Positions 10,351-20,085 are shown, counted from the first letter of the stretch. The stretch: DNA of 64,000 bases from Minisyncoccia bacterium (GCA_041736805.1 JBGSSW010000016.1:130526-194525); one strand, 5' to 3'. Notes: generated from the letters alone by a model not told the origin. Numbers and translations: made by a program.

Positions 10351-10442
10351 GGCAACTGGCCAGTCAAAGTAAAAACCAGACGAATGTCTGGTTTTTACTT
10401 TGCAGTTGCCGAAGCCGTAAGAAAATTCTGCTGAGAATTTTC
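10351..10442. repeat. Compound intergenic hairpin element, also a likely khpA terminator
   Basis: Perfect 17-bp stem CAAAGTAAAAACCAGAC-gaat-GTCTGGTTTTTACTTTG (10365-10402) enclosed by GGCAACTG/CAGTTGCC; second hairpin GAAAATTCT...AGAATTTTC (10421-10442). Confidence 0.65.
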
Positions 10443-10475
10443 TGGTCGCTGAAGGTTAATTGCTGGAGTCTTTGT

Positions 10476-10832
10476 TTATATCTTCAAATCCTCTATCGCT
10501 TCATCTAAGGTTTTAGGCACTGCCGCTGAAGGATTGTCCTCCCGCATCGCTTCACTCATCTCTGGGTTCATTCCTCGACCTCCTTCTGGTTCATTAATCT
10601 TTAGGTTTACTCGAGCATCATTCTTCATTCCTACTACTCTAAGGAGAGTTCGGATGGCTTTGGCAGTATTGCCTGAGCGACCGATAATCTTCCCCATATC
10701 TTCGGCGTGTACGTCTAAAGTAAGAAGTACGCCCATTTCATCAACGGTTCGATTTATATTGACACTTTCTGGGTGATCCACGAGTGACTTTACTAGTGAC
10801 TCAAGAAACTGCTTATCTTCATGCGTATCCAT
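10476..10832 (-). CDS. khpA: KH-domain RNA-binding protein KhpA/YlqC (start revised to 10832)
   Basis: LVDHPE.V...EDMGKIIGRSGNTAKAIRTLL; canonical rpsP-khpA-trmD context. Confidence 0.92.
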   Translation of the reverse strand: MDTHEDKQFLESLVKSLVDHPESVNINRTVDEMGVLLTLDVHAEDMGKIIGRSGNTAKAIRTLLRVVGMKNDARVNLKINEPEGGRGMNPEMSEAMREDNPSAAVPKTLDEAIEDLKI

Positions 10833-10916
10833 ACATTCAATATTCTTATCTATTCTGGTAAGCCTACGCCACAAAGTGACGCTGCTAACATAATGATACG
10901 TAAGGTAGGCAAAGCA

Positions 10917-10960
10917 GTCAACAAAAAACCGTGTGTAAAGACACACGGTTTTTTGTTGAC
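10917..10960 (-). terminator. rpsP terminator hairpin
   Basis: GTCAACAAAAAACCGTGTGT-aaag-ACACACGGTTTTTTGTTGAC, perfect stem. Confidence 0.8.
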
Positions 10961-10973
10961 GGATATATTAACC

Positions 10974-11465
10974 TTATGCAGCAACCTCTTCTTTCTTTTC
11001 TTCAGTTACTACTTCTGGCTCTGGAGTGACTTCAGCTTCAGTCTCAGTGGCTACCTTTACCGCTTCTTCAGCTTCCTTAGCAGCCGCCTCAGCTGCCTCA
11101 GCTGCCTCAGCTGCCTCTCTGGCAGCAATAGCATCTGCTTCGGCTTTAGCCTTGGCTTCAGCCTCTGCCTTTACTTTTTCTTCGTCAATAATAGGAGACT
11201 TCCGTGGCAGAACATTCTTTTTCTTACCCTCAATAATCTTATGTGTAACCAAAAGGTTAAAAACAGTGTCGGAAGGCTGAACACCTTGACTTAGCCAGTG
11301 CTTAGCTTTTTCGCCATCAATTTGGACATGATTGAGCTTTGGATTATAAGAACCCAAGTGGTCAATATGCTTATTGCTCTTTGGGCCAGTTCGCTTGTCC
11401 ACTACCACCAAACGGTAAGCAGGGTCATTTTTGCGACCAACTCGTTGTAAACGCATCATTAACAT
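10974..11465 (-). CDS. rpsP: 30S ribosomal protein S16 with Ala/Glu-rich C-terminal extension
   Basis: MRLQRVGRKNDPAYRLVV...LGSYNP...WLSQGVQPSDTV. Confidence 0.97.
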   Translation of the reverse strand: MLMMRLQRVGRKNDPAYRLVVVDKRTGPKSNKHIDHLGSYNPKLNHVQIDGEKAKHWLSQGVQPSDTVFNLLVTHKIIEGKKKNVLPRKSPIIDEEKVKAEAEAKAKAEADAIAAREAAEAAEAAEAAAKEAEEAVKVATETEAEVTPEPEVVTEEKKEEVAA

Positions 11466-11573
11466 AGTGGCAGAAGATTACCAGAAGCATTGCTTTCGGT
11501 CAAGTCATTAATATTGCTTTTTTCACAACATTTAGAAAAGCTATCAAATCAGCTGCTTTCATTATTATAAACA

Positions 11574-11617
11574 AAATGCCCTTAAGTGGTTGGAACACCA
11601 ATTACTTAAGGGCATTT
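11574..11617 (-). terminator. Terminator of orphan gene 11630-12109
   Basis: AAATGCCCTTAAGTGGTTGG-aaca-CCAATTACTTAAGGGCATTT. Confidence 0.7.
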
Positions 11618-11629
11618 AAATTGGCCGGC

Positions 11630-12109
11630 CTAAACCTTAGCTGGTTCAAAGGCCACCAAAAATCGCCAAAACTTACTGCCTGGGATTGATGTCGTTGGTA
11701 AAATCAAGTCAGGGTCGTAATGCCTACCTCCTGCGACATTTCGCCACGGGGTGAAAGCGAAGCAATCGAGTTGAAAACCAAGGCGGTAAGCATTCAGCAT
11801 GGCGTAGAAATATTTCCAAAGAGCCGCTTCCTGACCATCCGATTTATAGTGACTGTCGCCGCCTTGAAATAGCTTGGGGTCACGACAACGGGTAGTCGAA
11901 ACAAGACTCGTAAACTTTGGGTTAAAGACACTACCCAAAATACCTTCTCTTTCAAAATGCAGGTTGGCCAAGGTTTCAAGACCCTTGGATTGAATTACCT
12001 CCTTATCAAGGTATATCAAACACTGTAACTTTCCGACCTTTACTTCAACTTGAACAAACTTGGCCGGAAGAACTATTTTGCTATGCTTCATTTCCAAACA
12101 AGAAATCAT
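11630..12109 (-). CDS. Orphan hypothetical protein (159 aa)
   Basis: SD-like GGAGTAAGGA before ATG, own promoter (TTTACA...TGATACATT) and terminator; no motif recognised. Confidence 0.6.
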   Translation of the reverse strand: MISCLEMKHSKIVLPAKFVQVEVKVGKLQCLIYLDKEVIQSKGLETLANLHFEREGILGSVFNPKFTSLVSTTRCRDPKLFQGGDSHYKSDGQEAALWKYFYAMLNAYRLGFQLDCFAFTPWRNVAGGRHYDPDLILPTTSIPGSKFWRFLVAFEPAKV

Positions 12110-12208
12110 GTCCTTACTCCAAGTAATCCGGTGACGCCGGAATCGTCTATTTTGAATGTATCATTTCAAATGGAAATGTAAAGTTAACCGTGCTACTATC
12201 AAGCCCAC

Positions 12209-14152
12209 ATGTCAAATACTAATGAATTTCACGACGGAGTTATTATGATTCGTGGTAAAGGTACTGGTTTTGTTAATCACCCAGACCTAACTGAAGATAT
12301 TGTTATTGAACGAGAAAATCTTGGCTTTGCGCTTGATGGCGATATTGTTAAAGTCAAAATTAAAAAAAAGATACCTGGTAAACGCCAAGAAGGTACTGTC
12401 GTCGAAATAGTAAAGCCAGCCTACAGGGAATTAATTGGGATAATTAAAGAAAAGAAAATAGACGGCAAGAATGTTACCTATTTTGCACCCGATAATCTTC
12501 GCCTCCATATTCGCCCTCTAGTACCAACTGCTACTACTAGTGATTTGGGGATGAAAGTAGTAGTAGAAATCACTTCTTGGACCCAGCCTCTCTTGGACCC
12601 AATTGCAAAGATCATTGAAATTCTTGGTCATGCTGGTGATCATGAAACAGAGATGCAAGCTATCATTCGTAGTGGTGGTTTTTCCAAGGCCTTTCCAGAA
12701 TCAGTCCAAAAAGCCGCTCAAGAACTGTTTGCTACTAAGGAACAAATATTCTCTGAAGCTATCGCTGACCCCAAAAGACGAGATATCCGAGGTATTACGA
12801 CCATGACTATCGACCCTGTCGATGCTAAAGACTTTGACGACGCACTTTCTTGTCAGACTCTACCTAATGGTAATTTTGAAATTGGTATTCATATTGCCGA
12901 CGTTTCACATTATGTTCGAGATCATGACGGCATAGATGAAGAAGCTCGCGAACGCGGTACTTCAGTTTATTTGGTAGACCGAGTGATTCCAATGTTGCCA
13001 GAAATTCTTTCTAATGATCTTTGTTCCCTGCGACCAAATGAAGACCGACTTTCTTTCTCAGCTATTTTTGAACTTACTCCCGAAGCCAATATAGTAAGTG
13101 AATGGTACGGGCAGACCATCATGCACTCTGATAAGCGTTTTAGTTATGAAGAAGCTCAAGAGGTACTAGATAAACAAGCTGGCCCATATTTGGCAGAACT
13201 AAATATCTTGTTGGAACTAGGACGTAAGTTACGCAAAAAAAGATATGCGGCTGGGGCCATAGCCTTTGAATCTTCTGAAGTAAAGTTTGAACTTGATGAG
13301 AGAGGAGCGCCAATTAGAGTTTTCAAAAAAGAGCGAGTTGAGACCATGCTCATGATTGAAGATTTTATGCTCCTAGCTAATCGCGAAGTAGCTACCTATA
13401 TCCACAATTTATCCAAAAATAAAAACAAGGACTTGGCTTTTATTTATCGTATTCACGATACTCCTGATCCAGACAGAGTTGAGGAATTAGGAATGTTCCT
13501 AAGAGCAATTGGTTATGAGTTTGAAACAAATAAAGGAATTGTTAAAGCTACTGCCATTAACAAATTACTGAAAGATGTAGCTGGTAAACCAGAAGAAAAT
13601 CTGATTAAAACAGCCAGTATCCGCACCATGGCCAAAGCAGTTTACTCCACCAAAAACATCGGTCATTTTGGTTTGGCTTTCAAATTTTATACTCACTTCA
13701 CTTCCCCAATTCGTCGCTATCCAGATCTTATGGCACATCGTATGCTTCGTAAGCACCTAGACGGAACTTTTATCGGGCCAAAAGAACAAGCGGAGTACGA
13801 GAGAATGTCTATCAAATCTTCACAACGTGAAATGGAAGCCGTGACGGCCGAGCGAGACTCAATCAAATTCAAGCAAGTGGAATACCTAATGAATAAAATT
13901 GGCGAGACTTTTTCTGGTGTTATCACTGGAGTGACTGACTGGGGTATTTACGTCCAAGAATCAACTTGTTTGGCTGACGGGATGGTTAGACTGGCTAGTA
14001 TTAAAAGTGACTACTTCGAGCATGAAGCTAGTAAATACCGTATCAAAGGCCAAAAAACTGGCAAAGTCTATCAACTAGGTGACGCTGTAAAAGTAAAGTT
14101 AATTGCCGCTGACAAAGAGGCTAGGCAGTTGGATTTTGAGTTGGTGGTTTAA
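12209..14152 (+). CDS. rnr: Ribonuclease R (RNB family)
   Basis: TIDPVDAKDFDDA, HIADVSHYV, YTHFTSPIRRYPDL and a C-terminal S1 domain. Confidence 0.96.
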   Translation: MSNTNEFHDGVIMIRGKGTGFVNHPDLTEDIVIERENLGFALDGDIVKVKIKKKIPGKRQEGTVVEIVKPAYRELIGIIKEKKIDGKNVTYFAPDNLRLHIRPLVPTATTSDLGMKVVVEITSWTQPLLDPIAKIIEILGHAGDHETEMQAIIRSGGFSKAFPESVQKAAQELFATKEQIFSEAIADPKRRDIRGITTMTIDPVDAKDFDDALSCQTLPNGNFEIGIHIADVSHYVRDHDGIDEEARERGTSVYLVDRVIPMLPEILSNDLCSLRPNEDRLSFSAIFELTPEANIVSEWYGQTIMHSDKRFSYEEAQEVLDKQAGPYLAELNILLELGRKLRKKRYAAGAIAFESSEVKFELDERGAPIRVFKKERVETMLMIEDFMLLANREVATYIHNLSKNKNKDLAFIYRIHDTPDPDRVEELGMFLRAIGYEFETNKGIVKATAINKLLKDVAGKPEENLIKTASIRTMAKAVYSTKNIGHFGLAFKFYTHFTSPIRRYPDLMAHRMLRKHLDGTFIGPKEQAEYERMSIKSSQREMEAVTAERDSIKFKQVEYLMNKIGETFSGVITGVTDWGIYVQESTCLADGMVRLASIKSDYFEHEASKYRIKGQKTGKVYQLGDAVKVKLIAADKEARQLDFELVV

Positions 14153-14170
14153 AGATGGTATATTAATTTC

Positions 14171-14380
14171 GTGAGGGTTGCCCTCACTTTTGTGAAACCA
14201 CGCGCGGCAGTTAAGGCGTCACCCATGAGACCGTCTAGAGTCGATTTTAAACATGGTTGCTTCGCTACCCCGAAAGGTAACTCTGGTGAGACCTATGATT
14301 GGGACGTGGACCCAGAACAACGGCGCGAGTTGCCCAACAAAATTGCAACTATAGGTGGGCCCACCTATAGTTGCTTTTTC
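14171..14380 (+). ncRNA. Candidate ~200-nt structured non-coding RNA (possibly 6S/SsrS-like)
   Basis: Extended -10 TGGTATATT (14156-14164); 5' hairpin GTGAGGG-TTG-CCCTCAC; long interrupted rod; terminator GCAACTATAGGTGG-gc-CCACCTATAGTTGC followed by a U-tract. Confidence 0.6.
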
Positions 14381-14383
14381 TTT

Positions 14384-16639
14384 TTATTTCGCCACAGACA
14401 CCGCCTCATCAAGCTTTACCGACAATAATTTAGAGATACCGTCACTTCCCATTGTCACACCATAAAGAATTCCCGCTCGACTCATCGTCTCCCGATTATG
14501 GGTAATTAAAATTAGTTGTGACTTCTTAGCTAATTCTTCAATCATATCACCATAGCGTCGACTATTAGCTTCATCTAAAGCGGCATCAGTTTCATCAAGA
14601 ATAATAAATGGTGGTGGATTAACCTGACTCATTGCAAAAATAAGCGCGATTGAGGTCAAAGCTCTTTCTCCGCCAGAGAGCATTTCCAAACCCTTCACTC
14701 GTTTATTAGGTAATTTCACCGCGAGTTCTATTCCATCTTCTCTTTTCTCTTCCTCTTCACCTTCTTCATCCATATCATCACCACCACGAGTCTTAGTTAC
14801 CACAGTCACTAGCTCGGCTTCCCCGCCGCCAAACATTAAGATAAAGAAGCGATTAAATTCAAAAGAAATCTTTTTAATTCCTACCACAAATTGTTCTTCG
14901 AGCTTGCTGTCCAAATCTGCAATTAATTCTCGCAACTTAATAATTGAGTTTTCCAAGTCTTCAATTTCGTGGGCTAAAAAAGCGTCTCGTTCTTTAGCAT
15001 CATTGAATTCTTTTATCACGTCATCGGTGGCGCCAATTCCTAATTCTTCCAAACGAATTTTCAATTTCTCTAATTCATGACGCCTGGTACGTTGCACTTC
15101 GCGATCTTCTTCTACGACTAAATTTTGTTCGACCGCCCTGCCTTCTTTGTCCTTAATTTCATAGTCAAAATAAGCTGAGGCAAGTCGACCAAGTAAGGCT
15201 ACAGCTTCTTGCAATTCTCTCTTGAACTCACTTCTGTCTCTATCCAAAACTGTTAGTTCCCGGTCAATTCTTTCTAGCTTATTTTCCAACTCTCGTTGTT
15301 CTCCTACTAAACGAAAGACTGCCCGCTCAGCTTCACGACCATCAGTCGCCTCTTTGGCGCGCTGCTGCTCCAAATCACTGTAAGCAACTTGGGCTTCTTT
15401 TTCTTTGCTCTGAGCCTCAGTCACTTTCCGACTTAGTTTTTCCATTTCCTGCTGCAGTCGTTCTAGTTCTTCTTTTTCAATTTCAATCGAATTATTCTTA
15501 ACTTCAGCTCCTCGCTCCAAAAAAACTTTAAGCCGGTGCACAATATCACTCAAAGCTCTTTGTAGTAAAGACACTTCTTCTTTTTGTAAGACTTTACCCA
15601 CTTGTTGTTCGATGTCTTTTATCAAAGCAGCAATGTCTGTGTAGGCAATCGCTTTACCTTCAGTCGTGGTACTTCTTCTTTCATAATCTGCGATACGCCG
15701 TTTCAAAAGACCAACCTGCCCTTCAAACTTACTTAGTTCTCGCTCCGCCGCTTGTCTTTCATAAGTAAAAGTTGAAACGGCTTCTTGTGCAGTAATTAAC
15801 TGAGTGGAATCCTTCTCAGATTCTGAAGCTTGCAAAACCCTCTTAGCTTCAGCAAGTTCTTTTACTACTCCAACCAAACTACTCTCTGGCTCATGACGTA
15901 GTTTTGTCAAACGGTCATGATGAAAGGCAATATAAGTATCTTCTCTTTTTAGATACTCAGCATAAACTTCCTTCAGTTGCCGCTGTAGCTCCAAGGATTT
16001 TTCAATTTTCTGAACCTGTTTCTCTAAATATTTTAAATGTGGAGCCGACTCACGTCTAAGAGATTCCACCTGGGCTACATTTTCTGCAGTCTTGTTTAAT
16101 TTACGTTCAGCTTCTTGACGTTTATATTGATAAATCTTTAGGCCAAGTGCGTCTTCAATCATTTCCCGTCGCTCTTTTGGGTTAGCCGTCAAAATTCTAT
16201 CCGCTTCCCCTTGTGAAATAATATGATGCCCCGTTGAGCCAATATTGGCTGAAGCCAGTAATTCTTGAATATCTTTAAGCCTAACAGCTGATCCATTAAG
16301 GAGATAATCATTTTGGCCATCACGATGAACCACTCTTTCAAGTTTTATCTCGCTAAAATCCAGTGGAAAAACACGCTTAGAATTATCTAAAGTAATAGTT
16401 ACATTGGCTCTGTTTCCCCGAGCAATTTGCCCTGACCCACCCCAGATTAGATCCTCTCCCCGCTTACCGCGCATAGACTTAACAGACTGCTCACCTAAAA
16501 CGAAACGAAATGACTCCGCCACATTGCTTTTACCAGAACCATTAGGACCAACAATGGCTGTGATGGGCGCCGAAAATTCTAGTTCGCCCTTTTTGGCAAA
16601 TGACTTAAAACCCGAAATTGTTAGTTCCTTTAAATACAT
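14384..16639 (-). CDS. smc: Short SMC-family ATPase (751 aa)
   Basis: GFKSFA, GPNGSGKSNV, coiled coils, LSGGE and FIILDETDAALD; much shorter than canonical SMC, no recognisable hinge. Confidence 0.88.
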   Translation of the reverse strand: MYLKELTISGFKSFAKKGELEFSAPITAIVGPNGSGKSNVAESFRFVLGEQSVKSMRGKRGEDLIWGGSGQIARGNRANVTITLDNSKRVFPLDFSEIKLERVVHRDGQNDYLLNGSAVRLKDIQELLASANIGSTGHHIISQGEADRILTANPKERREMIEDALGLKIYQYKRQEAERKLNKTAENVAQVESLRRESAPHLKYLEKQVQKIEKSLELQRQLKEVYAEYLKREDTYIAFHHDRLTKLRHEPESSLVGVVKELAEAKRVLQASESEKDSTQLITAQEAVSTFTYERQAAERELSKFEGQVGLLKRRIADYERRSTTTEGKAIAYTDIAALIKDIEQQVGKVLQKEEVSLLQRALSDIVHRLKVFLERGAEVKNNSIEIEKEELERLQQEMEKLSRKVTEAQSKEKEAQVAYSDLEQQRAKEATDGREAERAVFRLVGEQRELENKLERIDRELTVLDRDRSEFKRELQEAVALLGRLASAYFDYEIKDKEGRAVEQNLVVEEDREVQRTRRHELEKLKIRLEELGIGATDDVIKEFNDAKERDAFLAHEIEDLENSIIKLRELIADLDSKLEEQFVVGIKKISFEFNRFFILMFGGGEAELVTVVTKTRGGDDMDEEGEEEEKREDGIELAVKLPNKRVKGLEMLSGGERALTSIALIFAMSQVNPPPFIILDETDAALDEANSRRYGDMIEELAKKSQLILITHNRETMSRAGILYGVTMGSDGISKLLSVKLDEAVSVAK

Positions 16640-16648
16640 CTAATATTT

Positions 16649-17185
16649 TTACCAATTCTCAGCCCCAGCACTATAGACAGCATAAGTATTAGCCGGAATA
16701 CCGCTAGCACAAGCTCCCGCGGCAGTTGGGCAACGAGCAAATTCGTCGCCTGCGGCCACTGTGGCCGTCTCTACTGAATCTAAAATCATTAATTTATAAC
16801 TATCACCATCCGACATGTAGTAAAAACCTTTATCAGAATCACTTTCTGACTTTGGGTCCTTGGGTAGCGCTGCAATAAAACCAGGTACAAGGCCTAAAAT
16901 ATACGGATCACAATTAACATTATTTCCAGTAGCTGTTCCTGGTCCTCCAAATTTTGTGGTCCCAGCACCAGCGCAAGCGTCGGGATATTTACTATTTTGT
17001 GCTTTATAAAGCTCAATCGCTAATTGAGCCTCCTTTAGCGAAGTCATTCTAATCTTATCCCTAGACTGGGCTCTGGCATCATCAAAACTAGCGTAGACAA
17101 CCGCGGAAAGCATCCCGATGATAGCGACAACTACCATTATTTCTACTAAAGTAAATCCCTTTTCTTTGTTTAAAATAAATTTCAT
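16649..17185 (-). CDS. Type IV pilin/GspG-like prepilin (start revised to 17185)
   Basis: KG|FTLVEIMVVVAIIGML N-methylation motif; LPKDP motif; Cys pairs. Confidence 0.92.
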   Translation of the reverse strand: MKFILNKEKGFTLVEIMVVVAIIGMLSAVVYASFDDARAQSRDKIRMTSLKEAQLAIELYKAQNSKYPDACAGAGTTKFGGPGTATGNNVNCDPYILGLVPGFIAALPKDPKSESDSDKGFYYMSDGDSYKLMILDSVETATVAAGDEFARCPTAAGACASGIPANTYAVYSAGAENW

Positions 17186-17193
17186 ATTAAGAA

Positions 17194-17919
17194 TTATCGA
17201 CAAATTACGTCTGTGGTATCTTGGACTATTGAAGGTACACAGTTTATTTGCGCTCCACAAGTATCTGCAGGAGCAGTTCTTTTTGCTAAAAACCCACCCC
17301 AGACAGCGTACGAGGTCTTCCATTCATCATTATCTGGATGACATGCAGATGGGGTATTATTACTACTAAAGAAAACGTACGCACACCAACCAACTGTTTC
17401 TCTATTCAACGAGCCAGAAGTTAGTCCACCTGATCCATTACCTCCGACCCTAACATCACACGACTTAAATTTATGTGTAAATGGAACAACTTCCGACTCG
17501 ACCGTTCGTTGAGCTTTTAGCTTATAAACTGTCCCGGCAGCGTTTGTTCTATAAATATAGCCGGAATTTAAGCCATTTAATTTATTATCTTTAGGCAAAA
17601 CTGGAATAAATTCTGGAGCCAAGCCAACAATATACTGAGTATTTCCCCCAGAACAGACATAAGAAGTGCCTTGCTGTCCAGACCAAAAACCAACATCATT
17701 ACAACCAACAGGATAGCGACCGTATTTATTTTTATATAGCTCAATTGCACTTTGCAGAAGTACTATGTCACCTTGCCTTTTAGCATCTCTTGATTTCTGA
17801 CTAGATGAAACGGCACTGATACCAACTACACCAGCTAATATGCCAATGATAGCTAGTACAACCAAAATCTCAATTAAGGTGAAGCCTTTATCCCCCTGTT
17901 TAATAAAGATGCTTTTCAT
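17194..17919 (-). CDS. Type IV pilin/GspG-like prepilin (start revised to 17919)
   Basis: KG|FTLIEILVVLAIIGIL motif; SRDAKR; Cys-rich globular domain. Confidence 0.92.
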   Translation of the reverse strand: MKSIFIKQGDKGFTLIEILVVLAIIGILAGVVGISAVSSSQKSRDAKRQGDIVLLQSAIELYKNKYGRYPVGCNDVGFWSGQQGTSYVCSGGNTQYIVGLAPEFIPVLPKDNKLNGLNSGYIYRTNAAGTVYKLKAQRTVESEVVPFTHKFKSCDVRVGGNGSGGLTSGSLNRETVGWCAYVFFSSNNTPSACHPDNDEWKTSYAVWGGFLAKRTAPADTCGAQINCVPSIVQDTTDVICR

Positions 17920-18060
17920 TATAAAAAGTATAACATGGAGTAACTTAAACAAATTTAACTCTGGGGAGTTTAACTATCATGGCGCTAATTTTAATTGACA
18001 AACACAGCAAGGCTTAGGTGGAGCGAAGCCTTGCTAGCTAAAAAATGTGAGGTTAACAAA

Positions 18061-18774
18061 TTAATCTTCCCAGCCTTTATTTAAGGCGGCAGCAGAAGCG
18101 GCTTGCTGTTCAGCCTCTTGTTTTGAGCGACCCTTTCCTTCTGCTATCTTCTCTTGGCGTAAATATACTCCCACTGTAAAAACACGGTCGTGATCTGGTC
18201 CATCCTGAGAAATAGTTTCGTAGGTTGGGGTAATGGAAACTTTGTCCTGCGACAATTCCTGAAAGCGGCTTTTAGCATCCTGCCATAGCCTTTTTTTAAC
18301 AATTTCTTCTGTATTATCAAATAAACGTTTAGCAATAAAATCGCGAGCCGTATCATAGCCTTGATCTAAGTAAATTGCTCCAATACATGCCTCAAAAACA
18401 TTAGCTAAAATGTATAGCCGGGCTCTTCCTTCATCTTTTGCTTCACCTTTTGACATTAGCAGATATTTATTTATGTCCATGTGCTCAGATACAGCCGCTA
18501 ACGAATTAGTATTGACCAAAGCAGCTCGGATAGCGGTTAGTTCTCCTTCTGGCTTTTCTGGATATTTAGAAAATAAAAAATCTGTTACCACCAGCTCCAA
18601 AACAGCATCCCCCAAGAACTCTAAACGTTCATTATGCTCCCACGTAGCTTCTTTGTGTTCATTTAAATATGACCGATGAGTAACAGCCGACAACAAAACC
18701 GCCGAGTCCTTGAAAGTGACTCCTAGCATAGTCTGTAGTAGTACCAAATCTGCCTCAATGTTTCTTTCTGTCAT
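18061..18774 (-). CDS. rnc: Ribonuclease III
   Basis: NERLEFLGDAVL signature plus dsRBD. Confidence 0.98.
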   Translation of the reverse strand: MTERNIEADLVLLQTMLGVTFKDSAVLLSAVTHRSYLNEHKEATWEHNERLEFLGDAVLELVVTDFLFSKYPEKPEGELTAIRAALVNTNSLAAVSEHMDINKYLLMSKGEAKDEGRARLYILANVFEACIGAIYLDQGYDTARDFIAKRLFDNTEEIVKKRLWQDAKSRFQELSQDKVSITPTYETISQDGPDHDRVFTVGVYLRQEKIAEGKGRSKQEAEQQAASAAALNKGWED

Positions 18775-18809
18775 AATCTATCTCCTATCAATAAAATTTG
18801 AGCCTAACA

Positions 18810-19712
18810 CTATTTACTGCGTCTGCCAACCAACATAGTAATGGCCTTAGTAACAATTGGTAAAATATCCTCATAGAAATTTAGCTCCAAAATATCTGCC
18901 ACTCTAAACCAACGAGCATCGTCTAATCCACCTTTTTTGGCCAAAACTAAATCTTGGTAAGGTGCTTTGGCCAAAAAATAATGCACCTGCTTTCGAACCT
19001 TTCCTTTTTCTGGCTGTGAAGCGATATATTCATTATTTCCAAGTTCTGCTTCAATCTCAACCGGTAAACCAATTTCTTCTCGCAAAGCCCTAGTGGCTCC
19101 TTGTTCAACTGTCTCTTCTTCGGTTACCTTACTCTTAGACAGAGTCCAGTGACCAAAAATATCGTGGACTAGTGCGAAGTACATTTCCCCATCTTCTTCG
19201 GCATAAACAACCGCACCAGACAATCTCTCAATCGGCATTTGGTCAAAAGGTACTTCCTTTTTACGGCGCTTGCTAGTCTCTTCTTTACCAGGCTCGCCAA
19301 TTTCTTTATAGACAGCACCCAAAACTCCATTCACAAAACGACTGCTGTTGTCTCCACCAAATTGTTTAGCCAATTCTATTGCTTCATTAATTGCAACCTT
19401 AGCTGGCACTTCTGACCGTTCAGAAAATAAAAGTTCAAATAAACCTAAGCGTAAAATATTTCTATCAACTGGTGAGATACGATCAATTGGCCACTCAGGA
19501 GCAGCCTTCGAAATTACTAAATCTAACTCTGTTTGCTTTCCTAAAATACCGCTAAGCAACTTTTCCATGAATGGGCGGTCGGAGCGGTTTTGCGCAAACT
19601 CTTCAATATTTCTATCTAAAATAAGAATGACTTCCTTTTTATCTATTGCATTTAAATCCCACTCAAAGAGGGCTTGAAGAACTATACTGCGTGAAAGGTG
19701 ACGATTGGCCAT
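18810..19712 (-). CDS. nusB: Transcription antitermination factor NusB fused to a C-terminal Nudix-fold domain
   Basis: NRHLSR..VLQALF, DRNILRLG and VAINEAIELAKQFG...FVNGVL; C-terminus has GAVVY...WTLSKSKVTEEET..GATRALREEIGL. Confidence 0.93.
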   Translation of the reverse strand: MANRHLSRSIVLQALFEWDLNAIDKKEVILILDRNIEEFAQNRSDRPFMEKLLSGILGKQTELDLVISKAAPEWPIDRISPVDRNILRLGLFELLFSERSEVPAKVAINEAIELAKQFGGDNSSRFVNGVLGAVYKEIGEPGKEETSKRRKKEVPFDQMPIERLSGAVVYAEEDGEMYFALVHDIFGHWTLSKSKVTEEETVEQGATRALREEIGLPVEIEAELGNNEYIASQPEKGKVRKQVHYFLAKAPYQDLVLAKKGGLDDARWFRVADILELNFYEDILPIVTKAITMLVGRRSK

Positions 19713-19812
19713 AAAAAATGTACTAAACTTCTACTGAGAACAATATACCATGCTTCTAGATGTAAATCGTCCAAAATCCACAAAACCCCTTTCAGGGGTT
19801 TTGTGGACAATC

Positions 19813-20085
19813 TTATTTAGCCTCTGGCTTTGTCTCTGGAGTTGGTTCAGCGACAACTTCCCCTCTCGCGTCTTTTTTGGCTTGAATTCGTGACTCACGA
19901 TTCTTTTTCTTAGCCGCCAAATCAATAACTACCCTACCTTTATAATAGCCACAGTCCAAACACATGTGATGTGGTCGGTGTTGCGCACCACAGTTCTTGC
20001 AAACAGCCAAAGTTGGCGCTGTTAAAGCATGATGTGAGCGTCTGTTGGCGGTGTGGGACCGCGTATGTCGCATTCGAATTACCAT
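19813..20085 (-). CDS. rpmF: 50S ribosomal protein L32
   Basis: RRSHHAL, CKNCG...[13 protein letters not shown] zinc ribbon. Confidence 0.96.
   Translation of the reverse strand: MVIRMRHTRSHTANRRSHHALTAPTLAVCKNCGAQHRPHHMCLDCGYYKGRVVIDLAAKKKNRESRIQAKKDARGEVVAEPTPETKPEAK

Noticed and set aside
11084-11118. 9-bp tandem repeat in rpsP and the poly-Gly triplet runs (about 27900 and 56205)
   Set aside because: In-frame low-complexity linkers; length changes would not shift frame, so they are not phase-variation tracts.
14171-14428. 85-aa ORF after rnr
   Set aside because: It runs through a terminator, overlaps the smc 3' end and has no recognisable protein features; structured RNA fits better.
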